Below are positions 33,422 to 41,024 of a stretch of 42,984 nucleotides of DNA, in pieces. How positions within the stretch are numbered: position 1 is the first letter of the stretch; each line of letters starts with the position of its first letter. The stretch is from an uncultured bacterium. GTDB lineage: Bacteria; Verrucomicrobiota; Verrucomicrobiia; Verrucomicrobiales; DEV007. Below the pieces are notes generated by a model. The model was not told the origin of the DNA, did not search any database, and worked only from the letters and a program-made list of their open reading frames with translations. Made by a program: the position numbers and the translations under genes. The DNA lies in the NCBI GenBank assembly GCA_963977015.1, contig CAXBMO010000037.1, positions 1 to 42,984 of the forward strand. Reading direction: 5' to 3'.

Positions 33422-34114
33422 CTACTTCTTACTGTCACTTCCAAGCTCTCCGCCCTTGGGTTGAGGCATGACCGAGGGATCCAAGCTGGTGGTCACGTAG
33501 ACGGGGGTTTTGGGAGGTGCCCATTCAAACAGTCTTTTCGCATTTTCTGGAGCCAGGCTTACGCAGCCTGCCGAGCCCAAATTGGCTCCGAACCGATTGA
33601 CGCGCCAACGCCAGGGAATTGCGCTACTTCCATGGATGGCGATTCCGCGGCTGACGACGAAAAACATGGCGTGAGGCATCGGAGCGTTGTATTCCCGGCT
33701 CGTGTAGTCCTCGCTTTTCCAGCCAATCGCGTGTTGGCCGGTTGGGGTCGGTTTTCCACGTTTTCCTGTCACGGCAGGCATGTGATCCACCAGTTCCCCT
33801 TTTTCATAGGCGTAAAGCCATTGCTTGTGAAGGTCGACGACGATTGCCTTGCTGCTGGAAGCAACCTCAGGTGGCGCTTCCGGGGTAGCCACATAAAATG
33901 CCGGCATTGCCACCATTCCTCCGACCGGGATCATGGCGAGGATCGGCGCCAAAATTTTCCATTTCAGCGGCCTTTTAGGGATCGCCGCGACCGCTTCTGT
34001 TGAATCTTCTTCCTTTGGAGTGGGCGGTTCTGGAGAAATCGGTTCTTCCACGACAACGCTCTCTTCAGCAACGGCGGCAGGTTTTTCGGTGGGAGAAGGT
34101 TCGGTTTCGCTCAT
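33422..34114 (-). CDS. Membrane-anchored L,D-transpeptidase (YkuD) family protein
   Basis: Acidic P/E-rich N-terminus, TM helix, IVVDLHKQWLYAYE, TGKRGKPTPTG, MPHAMFF..GIAIHG, SAGCVSL. Confidence 0.88.
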   Translation of the reverse strand: MSETEPSPTEKPAAVAEESVVVEEPISPEPPTPKEEDSTEAVAAIPKRPLKWKILAPILAMIPVGGMVAMPAFYVATPEAPPEVASSSKAIVVDLHKQWLYAYEKGELVDHMPAVTGKRGKPTPTGQHAIGWKSEDYTSREYNAPMPHAMFFVVSRGIAIHGSSAIPWRWRVNRFGANLGSAGCVSLAPENAKRLFEWAPPKTPVYVTTSLDPSVMPQPKGGELGSDSKK

Positions 34115-34224
34115 CAGACTATGGTTTCCTGGGGGAATTGGGCAGTGTTAATAGGACGGTCCCAGCAACGTTGTCATTGAAGGGAATTATGAGCAAATTG
34201 ATTAGGGTAACAGAATTGTCCCTG

Positions 34225-34473
34225 CTATTGCCTGATATCGTCTTCCAAGCGTTCTAATTCAGTTGAGATATCAGTTCTACGAATCCCAATGAAGGCCAGA
34301 ATTGCTCCGAGACAGGGCACCAACCAGATGAGGGCGAGCCAGAGTGGCGTGGCGGCACCGCTCGTATAACGAATTGCTTTCATGGTTGCAAAAATTCCTG
34401 CAACAATCCAAACAATCGTTCCGACAGAAATCTCGATGAACGCGAGAAATGGCTGCATATTCACATCGATCAT
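34225..34473 (-). CDS. Small two-TM membrane protein (PLDc_N-like)
   Basis: Two hydrophobic helices, the second LWLALIWLVPCLGAILAF resembling the PLD-nuclease N-terminal W....(F/L).P.LG pattern. Confidence 0.6.
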   Translation of the reverse strand: MIDVNMQPFLAFIEISVGTIVWIVAGIFATMKAIRYTSGAATPLWLALIWLVPCLGAILAFIGIRRTDISTELERLEDDIRQ

Positions 34474-34537
34474 GGGTAGATGATCGCCACGGAATTCAAA
34501 AAACGCGACTACAAACTATCGCTCGGAATATAGAGCC

Positions 34538-35485
34538 CTACTTCCAATTAATGCGGGCTTCCGGAAGCTCCTTTTGAAGCGTTGCCGCGCCCTTGGGAGT
34601 AACCTTGCTCTTCCACAAATAAACGTTCTTCAAACTCTTGATCTTGGCGATTTCAGATAGCGCAGCGTCGCTCACTTCGGTGTCGTAGAGATTGAGGTAG
34701 GTGAGGTTCTTGAGGCTCGCCAATTCCTTGATGCCCGAGTCGGTGACTTTGGTGCTGTGCAGGTCCAGACGAGTCAGTCGGGGCATTTCTCCCAGGTATT
34801 TAAGCCCGGCGTCGGTAACTTGGGTCCGGGACAAATCGATTTGAGCAATATTCTGTCCGATCGAGCCCATGGCCGCGACGTGTTCGTCGGTGGTGTTGTC
34901 GCGGTCTTCGATAAAGTCGACTCTCAGCAAGGGATTACCGATGGCAAGAGCCGTGACTCGACCACCGTTTTCCTCGACCTTGCCGATGGCATCCTTGGGC
35001 GCAGGTTTGAGGTCCTTGGCAAGCTTCTCGTAGTGTTGCTGAATCCACGAAACATAGACTTTCTCGGGCTTCTTCGTTTCGGTGGGCTTTCCCTCCAGGC
35101 TGCCCTCCCAGCCTCCAAACTTGGCGCCTTCCTTGATCCAGTTGAACACGAGCTTCTTGTCGGCGTCGGTCCACTTGTCACCCTTGGGAGGCATGAAATC
35201 GTCGTCGTCTTCTTCGAGCGTGGTTCTCCAATACATCTCGCTGTCGCCGGGATCACCCGGTTCGAGAACCTTGCCGTTTTCGCCGCCAGCCATGATGGCC
35301 CAGGCACCGTCAAATCGCAGCCCTGCCTTGGGCTTTTTCAGTCGTCCGTCCTCCTCGTAGGGGGCTTTGTGGCAACTGATGCAACTCTTCTCAAGGAGTG
35401 GGAGAATTTCCTTTTCAAAGTCGACTTCGGCATTGGCGATTCCGACACCGGAGAGAAGGATGAGAGTTGCTGGAAGGTTTTTCAT
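34538..35485 (-). CDS. Planctomycete-type cytochrome c domain + leucine-rich repeat protein
   Basis: Signal peptide; VDFEKEILPLLEKSCISCH...AGLRFD...MPP...WIKEGA; C-terminal LRRs (LSRTQVTDAGL, LDLHSTKVTDSGI, LNLYDTEVSDAAL). Confidence 0.9.
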   Translation of the reverse strand: MKNLPATLILLSGVGIANAEVDFEKEILPLLEKSCISCHKAPYEEDGRLKKPKAGLRFDGAWAIMAGGENGKVLEPGDPGDSEMYWRTTLEEDDDDFMPPKGDKWTDADKKLVFNWIKEGAKFGGWEGSLEGKPTETKKPEKVYVSWIQQHYEKLAKDLKPAPKDAIGKVEENGGRVTALAIGNPLLRVDFIEDRDNTTDEHVAAMGSIGQNIAQIDLSRTQVTDAGLKYLGEMPRLTRLDLHSTKVTDSGIKELASLKNLTYLNLYDTEVSDAALSEIAKIKSLKNVYLWKSKVTPKGAATLQKELPEARINWK

Positions 35486-35554
35486 AAAATTTGAATCTGA
35501 TCGAAGCTTGGAACCCTAATCACGCGGATCAAGCCGAAAAAATTTCGTAGGGTT

Positions 35555-36181
35555 TCAGAAATCCAGTCCCAATTCAAGTTCCTGGATAACGGGAGGATCG
35601 ATCGTGAGCTTTTCGGGAAACGGTTGCAGGAGATGCGTTGGAGGTTCGGTCTGCGAGAGATAGTCCAGGCAATCCGCATTTCGCAGGATTACCGGCATTC
35701 GATGGTGGATCGGCTCCATCTGCGGATTGGCGGTCGTCGTAATCAGGCTGTAACTGGGCATTTCCGCGTTCGCGGAGGATTCCCAGATTCCGGCAACCCA
35801 AAACCAGTGTTCGTGATCGTCAGCCCAAATCCGGTGCTTGGTTTTGGCTCCCTTCCGACCACTCCATTCATAGAAGTGGCGCATCGGAATGAGGCAGCGA
35901 TGTTCAGTCCAGGATGGACTCCACATGCGCCCGGAGATTTTCTCTGAACGGGCGTTGTTGATATCCCGGTTGGCAAGCTTGCCCTTTGTCTCCAGCTTTC
36001 GCCGGAATCCCCATCTCATGACGGAAGCCACCATGATTCCATCGACCTGATGCGCTACGACGCCTTCCTTCCCGGGAGCCACGTAGTCATTGGTCAGATT
36101 CTTGACCGCTTCCCGAACGACGCCCTCCCAATCGAAGCGATCTTCATTCGGTGAAGGCCCAATGTCGTAGAGATTACACAT
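35555..36181 (-). CDS. SOS response-associated peptidase (SRAP; YedK/HMCES abasic-site crosslinking family)
   Basis: N-terminal Met-Cys, MRWG, INNARSE, RCLIP..FYEW, AGIW, IHHRMPVIL. Confidence 0.92.
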   Translation of the reverse strand: MCNLYDIGPSPNEDRFDWEGVVREAVKNLTNDYVAPGKEGVVAHQVDGIMVASVMRWGFRRKLETKGKLANRDINNARSEKISGRMWSPSWTEHRCLIPMRHFYEWSGRKGAKTKHRIWADDHEHWFWVAGIWESSANAEMPSYSLITTTANPQMEPIHHRMPVILRNADCLDYLSQTEPPTHLLQPFPEKLTIDPPVIQELELGLDF

Positions 36182-36193
36182 GCCGAAGTCAGT

Positions 36194-39100
36194 TTACTCA
36201 TGCCGCAGGGCCTCGATCAAGCGCTCGCGGACCATCCATCGCGCCGCAAGCCAGCAAAAGAGAAGGCCTCCTCCCAAAATCAACAGATTGAGAATGACCA
36301 GCGTGTTGACCGGAAAGTCGGTCGAGCGAGATGCCAACGTGGGAAGAACGGCGATGATGCCGGCAAGAATTCCCAAAACCACACCAAAAACGTGGAGAAA
36401 CCAATGCTCGGAGACCACGAGCTGGCCCAATTTGGCTTTGGTGAAGCCAATCGCCTCCAATAGCCCCATCTGCCCTCTTCGTTCCAGAATATTGCGGCTG
36501 ACGACGACGCCGAGTCCCACCGTCCCAAGAAGCAATCCCAGACCTCCCAACGTCGAGAAAATGCTCAAATAGGTATTCTGGACCGCGTTAAAATCATTGA
36601 GTCTTTGCCAGGTTGGAATCAGTTCGAGGCCCTGGTCCGACAATTGACGTGTCAGATTTTCACGGTGGCGTTGCCCACTTTCCTGATCAGTCTGATCCAT
36701 GAGAAAGAACTGGTAGCCTCCGGTGTCGGGGAAAAACTCAATAAAATGGTTCTCGGCAATGAGGACGCTCCCCTGAAAAATCGAGTTGTCGATGAAGCCG
36801 GCGACCTGGATGTGAAAACGACCACCACCCGGGGCGGGATAGCTCAGGCGATCGCCAATTTTGACCCCCAACGCATACTGCGCCGTGGATTGATCGAGAA
36901 TTCCGGGAACAATGGGTTCAAAACCCGGTTGGCCGTCATTGACCACCGGGAAATCTGGAATCTTCTCGTTCAGGAGTTCCCAACCGGAGCCGGCGGTGAA
37001 AAAGAACGCTTCCCGGCTCGCGAGTTCGGATGGATTTACGCCCAGCACCCGTGGATTCTGAGCCCGGTTCAGGTTGAGGCAGCTGGCGTCATCGCCATCG
37101 CTCACGCGAAACTGAACCATTTGAAAGTCATTCGGAGCACCTTCCAACGCTTCAATGCCGAAAACTTCACGACCCTTGTCCGTGTTGAGATCCTCGTAGA
37201 TCGGAAGCGTCGATTCGCCGAGATAGGCAAACCCGCCCGTTCCGGAATCGCGCTCGCCGGCGTCGCGCAACCCACTCAGTCGCAGGGAATTGATCGCGGT
37301 CACCATGAACACTCCGGCGGCCATCAGGGCGATGACCGAGAGGCTTCTCCATTTGCGTCGGACTGCGTTGGTGCGCCCCAGCGCCGAGACGGAATCAAGG
37401 GTAGCCTGACTTCGTTGTACGCGATTGAGCAGATAAAGGCCCAGAAAAATTCCGCCCAGCACCAAAAGGAAACCGCCTCCGAAGAACGCTCCCTGACGAG
37501 CCATGACTGGCCCGCTCAACGTCAGATTCAGCAAAACGATGCCGCTCACGACGCTGCCGATCGCGATCCAAAGCGGGTAGATCCCTGAACCCCGATTTTG
37601 TGCGTTGGCTGATTCCGCCGATTCGGCCCCGGAGATCAATTGGCTGGGCTGAATCTTTGAAATGGACCGGGTTGAGAGCCAAACCACTCCCAAGGCAAGA
37701 AGGACGGTTAAGAAAAATGCGGTAAGCAGGGAAACCGGCGATGCCGAATACACAAACTCAACGCCGGTTGCGGCATCCTGCCAAGCTCCACCCAGGCCCC
37801 AAAGCGCGATTTTGGTGTAGATGGTTCCCGCGATCAAGCCAAGAGCTGCGCCGAGAACGGCGAGAATGGTGGCCTCCATCAAAAACACGTTTCGAGTCGC
37901 CTTTTTGGTCAGTCCCAGGGCCAAAAGAAGGCCAATTTGATTTCGCCGTTGCTCGATCCCGAATACGAAAACCAGTGCCGTCAGGATGAGGGCCGCGATG
38001 ATCAAAAAGAAGCTCATTCCGGCAAATAAACCGCCAAAGTCATAGGAATTGGAGACGGCATTTTCCGCTTCTTGCGCCAAATCCCGCGTCAAGATCCCAA
38101 AATCCGCCAAATCCAGCTTCTCCCGCAATGCGATCAAAAATGCTTCCTCGGATGCGAAGCTTTTCGCCGGGAAATGTAGTGCGGTGAGGTTGCCGAAGCG
38201 ATTGGCCCACATCTCCTGACCGGACTCCAGGCTGACAAAGGCTTTGGGCGTCGCGTTGTGATCGTCCCAAAAATCCTCGTCTTTCTTCCGCAGCCATTCC
38301 TTGTAAAACGGCATTCCCGGTTCCCAATCTGCGTTGTCTTCGGCATCGGCAACTCCCGGGAAGGCCGGGGTCCAGGTTCGATCGATATTCGATTGAGAAA
38401 GCAACAGATCCGGGCCTCGAACCGTGAACTTCACGGTCTTTTCCTCCAGTTTTCTCCCCAAACCCATCACGAAAAAATCGAGTTCCAGCTTGTCCCCGTC
38501 CTGAAGCTTCAAATCCTCGGCCAACCAATCGGTGATGGCGATCTCATTGCGCTTGAGAGGAACTGCGAACAGGGCGTCGGTTCCCGCAACCATCGAGTAG
38601 GGAGTGAATTGCTCCTCGCCGGAACGAATCTTGTTCACGAGATAGGTGAGAACGCCTTCGTTTTCCGGCCAGGCCGACTGGAGGGTTTTGACGATGGGGG
38701 GATCAAGAAAAACGCGATCGGTTCCAAGACGCCAGGTTTTGCCGTCGTGGATTTTCTCGAAGGTGAGTCCGGCGTCGGCAAGGCTCCAGGTTTTGTCGAT
38801 TGCTTCCGTTGGCGATACATCCCCACCAAAAAGCAGGACATTCGCTTGGTCCGGTTTTTCGAGGATTTCCTGCAATTTGGAGAGCGGCAGGAAAAGAGAA
38901 GGAACCGGAATCTGTTCGGCATTGAGGTTGTAACGCCCAAACGCTTCCGCATCCAGAATGTGGGTGATTTTCCCGCGAATCTTTTCGGGTTCGTTGGATG
39001 CGCCCGAAAGCGGGGCGTCCTTGGAGAGCGCGCTGGGTTTTTCCACGCTGGCGATGATTCGGTCGCCAATTTCAGCGTCCAGGCGCCGTGCCAACGCTTC

Positions 39101-39502
39101 GTTGATCGCGATATCACGCTCACCGAGAGCGGTTGCTTCGCCGCGAGCCAGTTCGAAAAATTCGGGCGCAGCACCGACGACCTGAACCTGGTTTGCGCGT
39201 CGCGAACCGCTTGGATCGGCAACGGTTGCAACCGTCTGCAAAACGGGCGCGACTGTGGTTTGAAGCTCGGATTTCAGCGATTCTCCAAGGTTCATGGAGA
39301 AAAAGCGGTCGCTTCCGACAAGCGCAAAGTTGGCTTCTGAGATTCGCGCCTCCGCGTTCTTCGCCAGGCTCGCGCGAACCGAATCCCCGACAACCAGCGC
39401 GCCGCTCAAAATGGCTGATGTGAGGAGGACTCCCGCAAGAATTGCAAGATTGAGCCACTTGTAGTGCTTGAGAGAATTCAGCGCCAGGTTGAACCGAGTC
39501 AT
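36194..39502 (-). CDS. ABC transporter permease, duplicated MacB/FtsX-type
   Basis: Two FtsX-like TM modules (EQRRNQIGLLLALG; ERRGQMGLLEAIGF) with large periplasmic domains; N-terminal GALVVGDSVRASL. Confidence 0.9.
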   Translation of the reverse strand: MTRFNLALNSLKHYKWLNLAILAGVLLTSAILSGALVVGDSVRASLAKNAEARISEANFALVGSDRFFSMNLGESLKSELQTTVAPVLQTVATVADPSGSRRANQVQVVGAAPEFFELARGEATALGERDIAINEALARRLDAEIGDRIIASVEKPSALSKDAPLSGASNEPEKIRGKITHILDAEAFGRYNLNAEQIPVPSLFLPLSKLQEILEKPDQANVLLFGGDVSPTEAIDKTWSLADAGLTFEKIHDGKTWRLGTDRVFLDPPIVKTLQSAWPENEGVLTYLVNKIRSGEEQFTPYSMVAGTDALFAVPLKRNEIAITDWLAEDLKLQDGDKLELDFFVMGLGRKLEEKTVKFTVRGPDLLLSQSNIDRTWTPAFPGVADAEDNADWEPGMPFYKEWLRKKDEDFWDDHNATPKAFVSLESGQEMWANRFGNLTALHFPAKSFASEEAFLIALREKLDLADFGILTRDLAQEAENAVSNSYDFGGLFAGMSFFLIIAALILTALVFVFGIEQRRNQIGLLLALGLTKKATRNVFLMEATILAVLGAALGLIAGTIYTKIALWGLGGAWQDAATGVEFVYSASPVSLLTAFFLTVLLALGVVWLSTRSISKIQPSQLISGAESAESANAQNRGSGIYPLWIAIGSVVSGIVLLNLTLSGPVMARQGAFFGGGFLLVLGGIFLGLYLLNRVQRSQATLDSVSALGRTNAVRRKWRSLSVIALMAAGVFMVTAINSLRLSGLRDAGERDSGTGGFAYLGESTLPIYEDLNTDKGREVFGIEALEGAPNDFQMVQFRVSDGDDASCLNLNRAQNPRVLGVNPSELASREAFFFTAGSGWELLNEKIPDFPVVNDGQPGFEPIVPGILDQSTAQYALGVKIGDRLSYPAPGGGRFHIQVAGFIDNSIFQGSVLIAENHFIEFFPDTGGYQFFLMDQTDQESGQRHRENLTRQLSDQGLELIPTWQRLNDFNAVQNTYLSIFSTLGGLGLLLGTVGLGVVVSRNILERRGQMGLLEAIGFTKAKLGQLVVSEHWFLHVFGVVLGILAGIIAVLPTLASRSTDFPVNTLVILNLLILGGGLLFCWLAARWMVRERLIEALRHE

Positions 39503-39573
39503 TGTCGAATATCAGTGAACGGGAATTGCCACGCAGTCAATCGCTCCTGACTCTGGATCCAAGTGGTAACCGG

Positions 39574-40797
39574 CTAATTGGGGATCTCGATTTCCGGAGC
39601 GACAACCGGTGTTGAGTCAGCCACTTCCGTTGTTGGTAACTCCGCAGTTTCTTCGGTTGTCGCTTCAGCGGGCTCTTCGAGTGGGGGACCGACTTCCACG
39701 ATCACTTCTCCTGGTTCAACCGGGTTGGGCATTTCTCCCTCTTCCGGCGTCGGCAAGTCCTCGGGAATCGGGGTGATGACGGGCTCGCCCACAATGTTGC
39801 GAAGCCAGTCCGACATGCTGTTCGCTCTTGCGTAGACCAGAATATCTCCGTACTGTATCGATGTCCGGCGTTTGTCGGGAGGGAATCCCGTCCCGTACCC
39901 ACTCACACCAACAACGCGCCAAAGACCATCGACTTTGGCAATCGCGGGGCCGCCGCTGTCACCCGGATACGACGCACCTTCCAGTTGAGTCGGGGAAGCG
40001 GAACTTTTTCCTGTTCCAAAAATGCGCTCCCAGACTCTCGATCGCCCGTTCAGCGAGTTTCGAGACTCCTCCCCGTTGTCAAAATCAAAGAGAAGCACGC
40101 CTCCCGCAGGTTGTCCGCTCAACGGATTCTTCCGAATGTCGCGATCAATGATGTTTTCCGCCGCTCTGCGAAGCTCTGCCGGAGTCCAGTTGCCCTCCTG
40201 AGGATCATCTCCCGGAGCCGCATCGCCAAAACCCGCAATGTAGACCCGTTGTCCGACCAAATCTTCACCCAGATCATCCCAGGGTATGGGCGTAATCCCC
40301 TCTACAACCTTTTCCAACTTCAGGAGCGCGATGTCGTGGAATTCGGCGTGAACGATTTGGCGTTCCGTGTATCGCCAGGCGGGCCCTTGAAGCGGGCGCA
40401 ATTTGTCCACGGGAAGTGCGGTGGTGATTCCCACCACTTTGTATTCCTGAAATCCATCCTGGGAGTTGATCCCAAACCGGACCTTTAAGCCCTGTTCGAA
40501 GTCATGTCGGCTGCGTTTCGATGCCAACACGACGTGGGCGGCGGTCAGGACCCAGCGATCGCCAATCAGCGTTCCCGATCCCACGACATCAAACCTGCCA
40601 CGGCGATTTGCGATTCCAATTGCGGCCACCGCAGAAAAATCGGGGACGTTTCCCGGCTCGTAGCCCTCACCATTTGCGGCCAACGAGAGATACTCCATCT
40701 CGTCCACATCATGCCTCATCCCGATCGCAGACGCTGCCTGAACAAGAAATGAAGCAACCGCGATTTGGAGAATGACAGCTTTTTTGGAAAACGTCAT
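39574..40797 (-). CDS. Secreted trypsin-like (S1) serine protease with acidic Pro/Glu/Thr-rich tail
   Basis: Signal peptide ending ASA; catalytic triad motifs WVLTAAH, HDIALL, GDSGGP. Confidence 0.92.
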   Translation of the reverse strand: MTFSKKAVILQIAVASFLVQAASAIGMRHDVDEMEYLSLAANGEGYEPGNVPDFSAVAAIGIANRRGRFDVVGSGTLIGDRWVLTAAHVVLASKRSRHDFEQGLKVRFGINSQDGFQEYKVVGITTALPVDKLRPLQGPAWRYTERQIVHAEFHDIALLKLEKVVEGITPIPWDDLGEDLVGQRVYIAGFGDAAPGDDPQEGNWTPAELRRAAENIIDRDIRKNPLSGQPAGGVLLFDFDNGEESRNSLNGRSRVWERIFGTGKSSASPTQLEGASYPGDSGGPAIAKVDGLWRVVGVSGYGTGFPPDKRRTSIQYGDILVYARANSMSDWLRNIVGEPVITPIPEDLPTPEEGEMPNPVEPGEVIVEVGPPLEEPAEATTEETAELPTTEVADSTPVVAPEIEIPN

Positions 40798-41024
40798 TTT
40801 CAGAATGAGGGGCAGAGTAATGGGTTATTTTGAGTCGTGATTAGAGTTTCGGCAAGCTTAACTGTTTACGAAATTCAGCGTCAGCGAAGGTCTCCTTTGC
40901 CTGTTTGCAGCTCCTAACAGCCTCAAACGTAACGTGGCAGGTTCAAAATCTATTCGAAATGCCGGAAGACAGGCTGCTTGGTGTGATGTAAGGTTCTCTT
41001 CGCGAAACGCGGAACCTCTACGTC

